From: the human T2T-CHM13v2.0 reference genome, Homo sapiens
Direction: 5' to 3' (one strand)
NCBI RefSeq assembly: GCF_009914755.1
Contig: NC_060929.1
DNA: 64,000 bases
Shown here: piece by piece, positions 14,011 to 28,439 of the stretch
How positions within the stretch are numbered: position 1 is the first letter of the stretch
Layout: each line of letters starts with the position of its first letter
Made by a program: the position numbers and the translations under genes
The notes under the pieces: model-generated
What the model was told of the DNA's origin: nothing
The model's database searches: none
Seen by the model: only the letters and a program-made list of their open reading frames with translations

Positions 14011-14899
14011 AACCAAACCAAGTGTCTCCTGTCTTCCCCACCAACCATAGCAGCCTACATGTTGTATTGAAAAGAGCTAAACTCTAGACTCCTGGAAAGG
14101 GGGTTCACATCTTTGCAGCCCCAGCCTAAGCAGTGGCAAGAATTCATTTTTCAAATATAAGGTGATCTCCACCTTCCAATTTTATATTCCACCTGGGAAA
14201 ACAAGGTCATGTGCAAAAACCAGCGAAGTGACAATTCAGAGCACGGTCAGTGTTCTTGACAGGCCCTTGACAACTTTGACTTTCTGGGCGATAACCCCAA
14301 GTAAAGAAATTAGTTTCAAAAACTGCCCTGTAAGCTCTCAAAATGGCTTTTAGAAGGCATTTGCTCTATACTTTGTTAGGCCTTCAGCTAGGTGTTTGTT
14401 TGTTCTTTGTTAACACATGACTTTTAAAAATTAAATGTTTTTTTAAACAAAAACTTCAGAGATGAACAGCAAAAATGGTAAGGAGTGTGTGATGTTGTGA
14501 GCAGCAGGCCTAGAAACAGCCCAAAGATTGACAGCGTGACCTCAAGGATGGAGACAAAATAAATCAAAAGGAAATACACAGCTATATGACTGCATAGTAC
14601 AATATGTTTTCTCTTAATAGGTTTTCAGTCATCAATTAAATGTTGAATTATGCTCATTATGCTCTCTTTAAAAATGCAGCCAAATTTAGCTTCCAATTTG
14701 GAATTATTATATCCACACAGCATGGTTAAAATAAAAATATCGAGCGTTTGCAGACAGTGAGTTGGGTTTGTCTGGGAAGTTCACGCATTTCGACTAATTC
14801 ATTTATGAATAAATTGTGAAAAAAAAAAAGGCACATTCATGACCCAGGACCAACTAGAGTGAGGAGCCAGGGATGGGATGGCCTGGGCTGACAATGACT

Positions 14900-15090
14900 T
14901 CCTACCTGAGGCAAGGTACTTAAGCTCTCTAAACCTCAGCCTCCTGATGTGTATAATGGGTATCTCCTTCCACCCCGGTATGGTCACTGTGATGATTAAA
15001 TACCATTACCTATGTAAAGTTCTTAAAACAAAAGCTGGCAGGTGGTAAAAGTGCTAACAAAAAATTAGCAATTGTTATTATTATCATTAT
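14900..15090 (+). mobile_element. MIR SINE
   Basis: ggcaaggtacttaagctctctaaacctcagcctcctgatgtgtataatggg. Confidence 0.75.
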
Positions 15091-17774
15091 CATCAATATT
15101 GTTAATGAATAAGTGTGAAAATGAATTTGACACACACAGTGTGCCAAAGGAGATGACAGAAAAGTGTAAATATGAATATGGCGAAGACATCTAGGATTGC
15201 ACCTTATAGGAGGTGGTACTTGATCTGGAATTATCAAACCAATTTTAGAAATCAAGTTAAACTGGGACTGATTCCCCCAGAACACATATTATCATGGACA
15301 GCTTTCTTTGGTTAGGTTGAGAAAGACTGTTTTGTAGAAGAGTAAAACCTGCCCACATAATATTACATCAGATCCTATTATAAACTTTCAAATGTTTTGA
15401 ATTTCCAGCACCATATCACATTAATTGTTTTATCCCTAAACTATCAGAGAAAGCAGCATCGTAACAGGGTGGAACAAATGCATTTAACTCAGAAAATAAG
15501 ACATCCCTCCTCCTAGAAGGGGAAAGATTCCAATTTCCTTTCCCAACATTTTCTTTAAAATTGTTTTGGCTTCAGACCATACCTCATCTTATAGCCAAAA
15601 TGTAACCTGGTAGGAGTGTAGACATCCCCATTTGTCGTCACCTTTAAAAGCAAGTACTTGAAAGGGTCTGTTTTCCTCTGGAAAACAAGTACCGATGTCA
15701 AGCCTAGCCACTGATGTAACACGATGAAAGCTGCTTCAGAGGAAGAAATTGGAACGAGGGAGTTTGGCTGGAGCAATGAGACATGTCGAGAGCCTTTGGG
15801 TATTAACCAGACTGGCAGTGTGATCCCTGGGAGGGAAGACAAAGATAGCACTCGCCTGTCTGACTCAGGGCATACCAATATCGCTCGAACCTTCCCGTCT
15901 TCCCACAAGGAAACTCGGCTCCAGCCCATTCAGGGCAGCCTTCCAGGGCCTGGCATGTGTGTGCTCAGCATCACGGGCAGCTAGCAAAGACCAGTGCAAC
16001 GGAGGAGGCTTAGCTTAGTACGCGTTCGGCAGGACGGGTGTGCAGGCTGCACTGCCCTTGAGTCGTCCAGGTAGGCAGAAGGATGGCTTTTATTGACTTT
16101 CTGAGACTGGAAGCAAAGAAAGGGGGTGGGAAAGAAAACAGTAGGTGTCATTTTAGTTGTGCCCTCATGAGTGCGAGCGGGAAAGGTCAGAACACCTCAG
16201 GGGATGAGGACAGAGCCAGGGCAAGAGTGTTCCCCAGAAAGCTAGACAGCAATGGGACAAGGTACTGCTCTACAAACCGAGAGAGAAACAGAGGCGTGAA
16301 AAGAGCCGTTAGTGCAATGGAGTGTCGTGAATTATCTGTCAGTGCCGATGGCACTCTTGTTAGGATTCTCACACTTCTCACATGTTGTCCTGGTCTACTT
16401 CCTGGGACAAGCTTTTGTGAGCCAAAGACCCTATTGTGAGCCTAGGCAGTGCCATTTTTCTGTACATCCCTCTCTTTTCTGTGAGTTCCCAGCCCCATCA
16501 TTTAGGAACCCCCTGGAATCTGATGGACAGGACTGATGTGGGTCACAGGTGCCAAAACTGAACAGACAGCTATGTTAATTACACCACACCTGTTTCCCCA
16601 GGTTAAGCCGTTGCTATTGGAAACTGTGATCTAATGAACCGTTATTGCAACTCCCCTTCAGTCATGTAACAGACCTTGGACTTGGAGCTCAGTCCCTTGT
16701 GCAAAAGGATAAGGAGAGTAATGAACGAGAGTGGCGGGTGGGAAAATAGCATCTGTACATGGTTCCTGGAGGTGGTGAAGGAGAGAAGTTGGTTCCACCT
16801 GCAGGGGAAGAGAGTGGTCCAGGAAGGTACTCCAGGATGATCTGAGAACTAAAAGATGAGAAAGCCTCTGCTAGCTGCTGGCATTCATGACACAGGGACT
16901 AGAACAGACCAAGTCATTTTAGATGTCTCCGTAAGTTGCCAGCACTGTATTTGGCATCCCCTCCATTCCTAAAGGTGTTTTTCCAATAAATCCATGGCAA
17001 CATGCAGAGCTGTGCCATCGCATTAAACAAAACAGGTATGATTTTTTTTTTCGATTTCCCCAGCTCATGTTCTGTATCTCTACCCAATATGTTGCCGAGC
17101 TGTGAGCACCCTTAGGCTTCCATCTAAATAATTTTTAAACTTTTTATTTCTTTTACCACTTTGCACTTTTTGTTCCCAGAATGAACCCCTTCTACTATTG
17201 GAAATTTCCTAAGACAAACAAGTTTCTCTTCCTGGGTAGCAATTTCCATTGATGAAAAACCGCCTTGTATGCAGTCAGGAAGTAGAGCAGGTTGGGAAGG
17301 TCTGTAATTTGTTTCCCATCAACTAATAATCTTATTGTGATGAGTAATGTAGTCCTGTTAATGTCTCAACAAGGTTATGGATTGTGCTGAGTGTCAGTAG
17401 AGAAGCCGACAGCTTTGTACAGTGAAACCATTCATTCTCCTTTCTACACAGTATAGTTTCTTAAACAGCTTGCAATAGATCACATGAGCTTTAGCAAACA
17501 ATATTTAAATGAATGTAAATACAAAAACGATTAACGATATGCCAATAGGACTTTTACTGAGAGGTTGATTCCGTTTTTGTGTTTTCCAGTGTGCTTTTAT
17601 TTTTAAGGACATGACAAATATTTTGGAAACAGATTTACCAAGTTTTCAGGCTGCCTTTCTCCCTTGTTACAGAGTAGCCTCAGTGTCTCTGCCTGAAATG
17701 GCTCCTACCGTTAAGCAAGTCTTTCCCCCATCCATTGAAGCAAGTCTATCCTATTCTTAGCATTCAGCGTGATG

Positions 17775-18660
17775 TTTAATTTTATTGTGGTATTATATTT
17801 TTAAAGTTAACATACAGTAAAATTGGCTTCACTGTGTACAGTTCTGTAGATTTTAACACAAATACAGGTTTCTGGAACTGTCACAACTGCAGGAACCCAA
17901 GACAACCCTTTTGCCTCGAAAATTTCCCATGTTCTCCTTTTGTAGTTACTTACACACCCCAGCCCTGTCTCAGTCTCTCCTAGTCACTAATCTGTCCTTG
18001 TCACTACAGTTTTGTCTTCTTGAGGATGTCATCTAAATGAAATCATAGCTTTTGAAACTAATTTCTTTCATTCAGCATGGTACCTTTGCAATGTATCCAA
18101 GTGGTTGTGTGTATCAATAGTCCATCCTTTTCTTTAATTAACTTCTTTAATAGACAAATAACATTTGTATATATTTATGGTATACACCACGATGTTTTGA
18201 TATATGTACATTGTGGAATGGCTAAATCAAGCTACTTAACATATTCATTACCTCACATACTTTTCAGTTCTTTGTGGTGAGAACATTTAAAATCTACTCG
18301 CTCAGCAATTTTCAACAATACAATACTTTGTTATTAACTCTAGTCATTCCTGCTTTTGCTTCATAGTACTCCATGAATTATACTTTGTAGTATATGAATT
18401 ACTATACTTTGTTTATTCAGTCACTTGCAGGACATCTGGTTGTTCTCAGTTTTTAGTGACAAGGAATAAAGCCGCTACAAATTTTCACGTGCAGATTTTG
18501 GGTTGAACATTAAGTCCTCATTTCTCTAGGGTAAATACCTAGACTTGGGATTATTAGGGTGTGTGGTAAGTGTAACATCACGGGAAACTGGCAGACTGTT
18601 TTCCAGACTGGCTGTCTCATTTTGCATACCCACCAGCAATGTGTGAGAGTTCCCATCATG
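17775..18660 (-). mobile_element. Old L1M 3' region with a nested L1MA-like 3' end (~18130-18345)
   Basis: gtttattcagtcacttgcaggacatctggttgtt, gtaaatacctagacttgggatt; nested gtggtgagaacatttaaaatctactc. Confidence 0.75.
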
Positions 18661-19854
18661 GCAATGTGGTTAGCTTTCATGAAAAGTAAAACATGTATTT
18701 CTAGCGTGATACTGTATTTTATCATGAGCTGCTTCTGGTTAATTCTGTAAGTCATTTTTTTTTTATTCCCTAATGAAACAGTCCTTACATTTTCTGTTGG
18801 TTAACGAAAAAGAAAAGCAAAATTTGCCTGCCTGCTTTTCTCAATTCTGTTTGTGGTTTCTCCTTCGGGTCAGACCGCACGTGTTTTCATTAGAAAAATG
18901 CTGAGTCATGGGTATTTGTTTCATCCATGGAATTGGCATGATGGCGCTCAGAGTGTTCAAAGACATATAGAGAGATGAGGACTGGATGATTGGAGGAAAC
19001 CCAGGAGGTGACGTATCTTCCTATCCTCCTCTTTCATTTTCCCTTCATAAGTCTTGCTCCATTTCATGCATGCAAAGAGCACCCTGAAAATCACGTGTCT
19101 CCACTGCTCTCCATCATCGTCTCCACTCAGCAACTCAGAACCCAGGGCAGGAATTCTGACTCTGAACCTTGCAAAGAAAGCAATTCAGCACATGTATTCC
19201 GTGTGCTTAATTGAAGACTCCAATTTGCCATGCTCTATTATCTAGAATTAAACACAAAAGACAGTTGATAAATACCACATTCAGTTGAAAACACAAATGA
19301 ATCAAAATGTTACAGTTTCTCTCCATAGGTAATAATTAACATTCTTGTGAATTGCTCTGTGTGCCATGATGCATCCTTTAAATGGTGTGCAAGCAAAAAA
19401 CCTGCACATTGAGATGTGCATATGTGTAGACCCAACAGAATAGTGACTTAGCCTTGGGAGATAAGGCTGGGGTGAGGAGAGGGGAAAGGCGTTGATGTAG
19501 AGTTTAACAATATGCCTCTGTGAAACACTTTCAAAGCAGTGTGTCATAATGGCCTCTACAAAATTTTATACATGAGCTGAAACATGAAAACAACATACAT
19601 GGAAAAGTAAAGTATTTTGGTGGTTAAAAACCACAAGGGAACAAAAGAGTTAAGGTGAAGTCTTTGTGGCTTACCCAAAAGGTCAGCATAGGACATGTCT
19701 CTTTCTTTACCTTCGTCAAGGCCAGGAACTCTGTACCTCCAAAAGCCCTCTGACCCAGGGTAGGTGCCCAATCATTAATTGCTGAATGAAGGAACATGTG
19801 AACAAATGAAGACGTGAATAAAGGAACAAATGAACAAATCAATGATTAAGAATT

Positions 19855-20133
<279 letters not shown>

Positions 20134-20285
20134 CTAATGTGTCACTGTTCTTGTGTAAGAAATTTAATTGGACAGAAGGCAAAAGGAATCTTGTGGAGAA
20201 AACTGTCACTTTGGATTTCTCTCAGAGAATATAAAAGACTTTCTCAAGTGACTCCCTGCGCATGGCTTTTCTAGGCTCTATACAA

Positions 20286-20605
20286 CAGCATTCCTCAACC
20301 TTTTTGGCACCGAGGACCAGTTTCACGGAAGACAAATTTTCTACGGAAGAGGGGGATGGTTTCGGGATGAAACTGTTCCACTTCAGATCATCAGGCATGA
20401 GTTAGATGCTCATAAGGAGCGTGCAACCTAGAACGTTCACGTGTGCAGTTCACAATAGGGTTCACACTCCTCTGAAAATCTAATGCTGCCACTGATGTGA
20501 CAGGAGGCGGAGCTCAGGCAGTAATGCGTGTTCACCCTCTGCTCACCTCCTACTATGCTGCCCAGTTCCTGTACTGGCCTGTGTCCCAGGGGTTGGGGAC
20601 CCCTG
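20286..20605. mobile_element. MER1B hAT-Charlie MITE
   Basis: Ends cagcattcctcaacc / ggttggggacccctg; 8-bp TSD ctatacaa / ctttacaa (7 of 8 match). Confidence 0.88.
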
Positions 20606-21424
20606 CTTTACAACAAAAAAATCTGTTAAATGGAAACTCTATCCAAGCTCTATTTCCCCATGTATAAATCAGAGAAGCTTATAACAATTTAGTGGGCTAA
20701 AAATTATCAAATAAAGTGTTTCAATATATAACGTGTTGATGTTAGCTCCAATGTCAGCCCTAGAAGGGAGCAACCATAAAACAACATACTTGTCAGCATA
20801 GGGTTGAGGAAGCCATTGGATTTCATCTGATCCAATCCAAAAAGTCTTCCTGAAAGAAGCGGAATTCCATACATCTTACTTTTGATTTGCAAACTCTTAG
20901 CAAATCATCCTCTTTCTGTGCCACATCGAGTTCCTTTCTGTATCGGCAACTACGCAGATGAATCAGGATTCACCCAGCCTGGTTGAGTCAGAAGCCTTTA
21001 GCAAAGATTCTTTGATACAATGGATTTGTGATGAAAAGTGAACATTTTCAGGTGGCAGAAAGAGCCACAGGAGATCCTGTTAGTCAGAGTTTGGAAGTGA
21101 AATGTGTCTATTCCCGCTTGGGGTGTGTGGGAGGCCTCTGCTCCCATTAGTTCCATGGGGATTTCTGCTTGTAAGGCATTTGTTGTCGTGTTTGGATTGC
21201 TGTAGGAAGAGAAAAAATTACTACAGTTTGCATGAGATAGAGCTGTGTTTTGGCAAGGAAGCCCATGATAATTTTTCTTCTTGAACTTTGATCAAGTTCA
21301 AGCTTTTGAGATTTGTCTCAAATGATACCGCAGTATACTTCAACATACTTTCATTTCTGATGGAATTTGGAGCATTTCTCCAATTTCTTTGTTCTTGCCA
21401 TATTTGTCAATGTGTAATTAATTA

Positions 21425-21800
21425 ACTAATTCGGTCATTTGTTCAACAACCGTCTATTGTGTCTACCAAGTACTCCAAGAGCCAGGGATTCAACAGAGAA
21501 TAAAATAGCATCTTTGCCTTCAAGATACTTACTTCCTGGTGCAGAAAGACAAATGAGTTTTTTAAAAAATGGGTGCCAGTATGTGCTTTAGAGAAAAAGA
21601 AAGCAATGGAAGGATGATAAGATGACTGATGCTGTCTCGGAAGGCAGGTCTTAAAAGATGACATTTGAGCTGAGACCTGCAGACATGGAAAGAATGAACT
21701 ACTCAATTATCTGTATCTCCAGGCCAAGGGTACAGCAAATGCAAAGAGTCTCAAATAGGAGCCTGCTTGGCCGGTTCCAAATCAGGCAGAGGCCAGTAAG
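21425..21800 (-). mobile_element. L2 LINE fragment (opposite-strand L2 piece at ~21900-22070)
   Basis: ttcaacaa..tattgtgtctac, atgacatttgagctgagacctg. Confidence 0.65.
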
Positions 21801-22713
21801 GATCCAGATCAGGGCCTTTCTTATTTCTTGCAATATTTTCTTCAAGAACTAGGCTTGAATCTGCAGGAAAGAGACGAACCTAGGCTGATATTCTGGGCAA
21901 TTCCTACACACCACACAAGTCCCAGATTTAAAATGCCTTTGTTCTTGCTTTTTCCTCTGCCTGAAACATTGTTCCCTCAGACACTGGAATGGCTCTCTCT
22001 CTCTATTTCCTTCAGGTCTCTGATCAAATATCATCTTATCGAGAAGCCTTTCCAGACTACACTATTAAAGTGTCAGATAGGCAGTGTTAGAAATGGAAAT
22101 TATTTTCTCCGCCAAATCTGATTATTTCACGTGAGAGATGACTCCCTCTCTACATTATGGGATTAAGAATGATCCCATTTGAGATGATAAATACTAGAAT
22201 GTTTCAGTAACCCAAGAAGCCCTGAGAAACAAATTGCTAATTCATGACTTAAACCATCTAAATGTGATGAACAACTCAGGACGTCAGTGAATTGTTCAAC
22301 AGTGGATTGCAATGATAGAGCAACTTGCATGGCTCATAAATGAGCCAAAGAAACTTGAAAACCTTGATTTTATTTTAAGGTTTTTCATGCAAAATGGGGG
22401 CTGATGTTTACCAGGACTACCAGAACTCAAGGAAACACAGGTCTTCTTGTGCTAATTAATAAAAGAAGAAGAGAATTTATCAAAGGACAAAAGCTGCTAT
22501 AAGGCACTTCACATTGTCCACCATTGGACAGTTTTATTTCAGTGTATTTAAACTGCAAGTGTGAAAAATAAGTGCACTGATTATTTTGATATTCTGTAAG
22601 GCCTGGAGTTACTATAACTCAGTAGGAAAATGGTCCCTTATTCTTAATGGTGCTATTTACCTTAGAAGTATCTGGCAACAGAAAGTTTTTCAAGTCATTG
22701 AAATAATAATCCT

Positions 22714-23010
22714 GGCTGGGTGTAGTGGCTCTAAACCTGTAATCCCAGCACTCTGGGAGGCCAAGGTGGGAGGATTGCTTGGGGTCAGGAGTTCAAGACC
22801 AGCCCGGGCAACATAGCAAAATCCCATCTCTACCAAAAAAAAAAAAAAAAAAAATTAGCCAGGCATGGTGGTATGTGCCTGTAGTCCCACCTACTTGGAA
22901 GACTTAGTCAGGAAGATTGCTTGAGCCCAGGAATTCGAGGTTACAGTGAGCCATGATTGTACCACTGCACTCCAGCCTGAGTGACAGAGCAAGACTCTGC
23001 CTCTTAAAAA
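22714..23010 (+). mobile_element. AluJ
   Basis: ggattgcttg, gagcccagga, gagccatgattg AluJ diagnostics; poly-A middle linker. Confidence 0.93.
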
Positions 23011-23068
23011 CAACACACACAAAAATCTAAATCACAGGGTCTGTGTCACCCCTCTCTCCAACATCTCA

Positions 23069-23384
<316 letters not shown>

Positions 23385-23409
23385 TTAGCCTATTCAGGTG
23401 AAAATAAAT

Positions 23410-23550
23410 GCTGACATTTCCTGAGGGCCTTCTATGTGTGATGCATTTTCTGAGCACTTTAAACGTAGTATCTCATTTAACTCTCTTTACCAATTAGGAA
23501 TTGTTATTAACCACCTTTTACAGATGAGGATACAGAGGTTAAGCACCTCA
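23410..23550 (-). mobile_element. MIR SINE
   Basis: ttttacagatgaggatacagaggttaag. Confidence 0.7.
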
Positions 23551-25749
23551 GAACTTTGGTGGTCTAACTTCAGAAGTCCTCCAGGCAAAACTGGAGAGAT
23601 CAATGTTTTCAAGACTGAAAAGGCCCTAGAAATGGCCTCCTGAACCCTTGCTAGAAAGAAACCTTTCTTCTAGTGGAGCACACCGGGACCCAGTGATTCT
23701 TATGGCAATGCCTCTTCCTCCCACTGCAAAACTGAGGGCTGATAACACACTGGCCTCCTGGTGGTCCCAGTTTTTTTCTAAAAGTTAGTGGCATCCTGGG
23801 GATCTTCAAGGTGAGGGTGAGAGGTTTCTCCTCTAAGCCTGCTCAGCAGCGGGGTACTTCTACTCATCATTCATGCAACATCATAAGAAAGGTCTTGAGC
23901 ACTGTGAGAGGTCTGATTTATTTTAATTGGGAGGTAAAGACAACTCCAAGACAACTTTGAAAGAAACCAGTAAACAATTACCAGCAAAATCCAGAGAGTG
24001 CTCTCTCTGACAGTAGTTGAGCCATGTAGTCTTAGGCAGTGGATGTTTCTCCAGATATTTGATTATCTTGGGTAATTACTTGTGTGGGTGCGTACGTGTG
24101 TGTATGTGTGTGCATTCTAAAGGCAAAAAGGGGGTTCTGAAAATATCTCCAGCGATATGTCTTTACATCCCATGACATCAGCTGTTACTTGACGTGACAC
24201 CAGATGCAGTTCAAGGTCTGACATTCAGCTGGCTTCTGTTTATATAGTATGGAGAAACTTTTGTTCCCTTGCCCTATAAGGCATGTACCAGGAGAGATTT
24301 TGGGAAAAGTTCACCCAGATAGTAAATAATTCTGCTGAGCTTTGAAGTGAAAATGCTCCAGGAACCTTTATCCCATCCTTGCCATTTAACTGGTATGCTT
24401 CGGCCACTCTTGGTATTAATGAATGGTGTAGATCAGAGTTTGTTTCCATTATTCTGTTCATCAGAGGCACAATCTCAAATCAAAATTATATTTTATCTTT
24501 GTTTTGATCTTTCTATGTTTGGGGGAAAGCACTGTAAACATCTCAAAGAGAGAGAGAAAAAAAGAATGAAATACACCCCCAGGAAATTCTAGTTAAAGAC
24601 CTAAAGAATGGCATCTCAGTGGAAAAGAATTCCACTGTGAGGTTTGGCTTTTTTAAAAAAATAGCCTGGTCTTTGAAAAACATATTATCTTTCATGGGTA
24701 GGGAAATATCCAAATTTTGCCCAGCCTATTTTACAATAAGACCTTGAAAAGCTATGTGATGAGCTGGAATGAGAGGAGTTTAAATTTTTGATGCAATTCT
24801 CTGCCTGGGAAAGTGATAATGCTGCTCACATAACAGAAAGAGTATTTTCTGCTACAGCACAACAATCAACATAACGTCTGGGCATATTAATAATTTCACT
24901 CCTAAACTTCTCGACAGGGAGTGCATGGGTCTTAATAGTATTGTCAAGATCCTTAGGGCAATTGAAAAACCCAAAATCATTACTTTCTACTGATAGGCTT
25001 TCCTCTCCCAGAGGAGGCCAAAATACCTAGGGTAATGTAGATTTACTGAAATGCTCAGATAGGCACTGCTCAGACGTAACTGTGTAATAAAATCTTCTCT
25101 TTAGAAGGGTCCTTCTCAGATATTTCAAGTGGTCTTTTTTATTTTGTCTTTGTCACTTGGAAAGTAGCTAATGGAGATGACGCTGATCTCAAGTAATACT
25201 TTCCTGATGATTTAGGAAGGCAAAGAATGAGTATAGGGGCAATGGTCAAATGATGTGGCACCTACGATTAAAATCCCTTTCTGACCCTTCATGTGTGAGA
25301 ACGTGCCCTATTGGGGCGGGATGGTCCCAAATTCACAATAGCTATTAAGCTCTTAACCCAAGGGCAGCTACTGACTTGGCACCCAGTTCGAGTCCCCTTA
25401 TCCTTTCTTGTTTCCCCTCCCACAAATGTCCCTGCCTGTGCCTGGCTAGGTGATTACAGCCATGCCTGAACCGCTAGAACAAATTCCCAGCTCGCCCTCA
25501 GACATTCACATGTGCAACTCGTTCTCAAATGCCATCACCTAACAATCTCCATCTGAAGAATATCAGCAGCTGCAGGGTCTCAGCCAAAAAAAAAAAAAAG
25601 GCCTGCAGGGGACCTGCTTCAGGTTGCCAGGGGAAGATCTTTTTAAGTGCTAGGCAGTGTGCCCCGTTTGAGATTGAACTTTGACTGGCTCTGATGGAGC
25701 TCTGCAACAGACAGATGTCGTGGTTATAATAAACAGAGGGAATTGCCAT

Positions 25750-26010
25750 TTCCATGAAATGTCCAGGATTGGCACATCCATAGGAACAGAGAGTAGATTA
25801 ACATTTGCCAGAGGCTATGGGAGGGAGGAAGGGACTGGGCCGTGACTGCTGATGGGTATGTTGTATCCTTTGAGGGTGATGAAAATGTTCTAAAATTAGA
25901 TAGTGGTGATAGTTGCATATCTTGGTGAATATACTAAAGTAACACTGAAATGTATACTTTTAAAAGCTGAATTGTATGATATCTCAGTAAAACTGTTATT
26001 TTAAAAAAGC
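25750..26010 (+). mobile_element. L1MB-like 3' end
   Basis: gggtgatgaaaatgttctaaaattagatagtggtgatagttgca. Confidence 0.8.
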
Positions 26011-26267
26011 AGAAGAGGTGATCAGGCAGCAAGTGCCAGGAAAAACAACCAAAAAACAAACAAAGACGGAGGAGTTTGAAGTCACCTTCCCTCTGTGTCT
26101 AGCCATCTCCCTGTTAAAGGAGCCCTAGAGGTAACAGAAATGAGGGAATTAAGTGGGAGGGCATCATTGATTCCAGCAATCAACTAGAATGCTCTAGGGA
26201 TAGAGGCAGAAATCTACTCTGATCCCTGTCCTCTGAGACTCTAAATATAACTCCCAGGGACATGATT

Positions 26268-26450
26268 TGTTCATTCATTCATTCATTCATCACCACTAGT
26301 TTTATACCAGGCACTGTAGCCTTATGCTGGGATATACAGACAAGTGAGACAGACTGTTTTTAATGGAGGCACTCATGATCTAGTGGAGAGCACAGGAGAG
26401 TCCAAAAATAATATAAAACCATGTGCTGAGCGTTACAAAAGAAATATAAG
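26268..26450 (-). mobile_element. L2 3' end
   Basis: (TTCA)n tail then ccaggcactgt...ctagtgga. Confidence 0.6.
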
Positions 26451-26524
26451 CAGTGGGCAAATCAAGCACCCGGGGGGGGCACAGATACGTTACAGTTAAA
26501 TACAAAATTTAAGGAGAGAGAATT

Positions 26525-26680
26525 ATGTTACTTAACCTCCCCACACCTCAGTCTCCTCATCTTTAAAGGGGAGAGCAATATCTTCTTTAAAGTGCTTTAA
26601 AGGTTATTGTAAGTTTTAAATAAGATGAAATATGTAGAGTGCTTATCACACAGTTGGTGCTTACTAAATGGGAGCTATTG
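26525..26680 (+). mobile_element. MIR SINE
   Basis: gttacttaacctcc..cctcagtctcctcatctttaaag. Confidence 0.7.
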
Positions 26681-27844
26681 GACTTAGGTGATCTAAGATG
26701 TCCCTGCCGACCCTAGTCCTTTACGAACGTAGGCAGAGCGGAGGAAAACTTTGAATTCTGAGCCTGCAAATGATTGCTCCTTGTGACTGTAATTCCCGTG
26801 TTCCGCTATGCAGTGTTGATCTGTGCGTCATTGCGAATGCATTCGGAATGTTTTTCTCTGAGGTCATATATTTTGTGTAAGAAAGAGAGCTATAAATCAT
26901 TCCTTACAGGCAAGCACAGCCCTTTCTTTCTCTGCCCTCTGTTCAGGCTGAGCGGGGTGCTTCCTTCAAGGACAGCCCCCTGATACAGGCCTGTGCAACC
27001 CAGGCCAGAGGCACTGGCTAGAGCTGGAGCCAGCGGCTGGGGAGATGAGGAGGAGGCTACAACTTGACTCACTCCTTCATCCCCCTTCTTGTTTCTCCTC
27101 CACTCTGAAATGTGGAAAAGCTGCAGCTGCAGCTTGCGACAGCAGTGACCAGATCCAAGAAAGACTGCAGACAGGCCACCTGCCCTGTGAAGCCAGCCAT
27201 ACCATATGTGTGTCAATAACAAAAAATGCAAGTCCATTCTTTAGGAGATAAGTCATTCTGTAGGTGTTAAGACAGAAGGAGGAAGCAAGGTCATTGTCCC
27301 ACATGCCCAGTACTTAGAGACAAATAAGGAAATCTCTTCAAATATGGGAGGAGGCTGGATTTGGACCTATTCCTTCCATCCCTGGGCTCTTGGCAAAGTA
27401 CCTCAGGTCAGAGCAGGACAGGACAAGCTGGGATGGAGTGTGCCCTTGGTTCTGCCCCTGACAGGCCTAATTGCTGCTCATTCCTCATGCTGCCCCTCAC
27501 GCCGCTGGTTAGGGAGCCAGGGATGCAGCACAGTGAAGGAAGTTTGGGGAGGGCCTTTGGGAAGGCATAGAAAGAGATTGCACTGCAGTTTGGCTGTTCT
27601 GGCCTATTTCTCCTGATTCAAGCAGCATCCGTGAGGTGGTGCAGAGCTTTGAGGTGGGCGATTCCCTCCAGTTTCTCACAAGATTGGATTCTGCCATTTA
27701 AGCAAATGTGCAAAGAAATGAGTCCAGGCTGTTTTCCTCTGTATTTGCTAGGCATATATCAGCCAGGGCAGGGGACCTGTTTCCTCCCTGTGTGCCTGTG
27801 TTCTGGTTTTGGGTTCCTTTGCATACAGCTGGGAGGGGAAGAGA

Positions 27845-28080
27845 CCTGGGATCGTGTGCCAGCTCTACCACTTACTAAGCTATATGACATCTGGTGCATT
27901 ACTTAACCTCTCTGAACCTCACTTACTGGATCTGTGAAATGGGCATGATAAGTGACCTGTCTCCTAGGAGTAAGTGGGAATATATTGAAATGATTTATGT
28001 ACAACACTTGGCACAGTACCCGACACACAGGGAGAACTTAACTCATGGCAGCCATGGACAATATTATTGTTTTGTTATCA
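27845..28080 (+). mobile_element. MIR SINE
   Basis: cagctctaccacttactaagctatatgac...ttacttaacctctctgaacctca. Confidence 0.8.
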
Positions 28081-28439
28081 TCAGCATCAATTGTTTTGCT
28101 TATGGAAATGGAGCAGTTCTGAATCCCGTTTTATTTTTGTGGGCTCTTACAGAGACACTCTTGAGACTATCTGTTAATAGCTCCTGGCCACGTCACTTAG
28201 TCACTCTGCCCTCCTGCTGGCCAAATTTGAAGGTGGAGGGGTCAGAGATTGATGATTTTGCAGCCAAATGCAGCCGCATGTTCATTGAATATCCCCCTCC
28301 AAGAACTGCCATTTCAAAGGACTTGGAAAAGTTGGGCCCACAGTGCCCTAGGAGGTACTAATCATTTTCCTCAGAGTCATAGTTGCTATAGCTGCCATTG
28401 CTATTATCAGAATGATTAATTATATCAAATAGTAATAAT

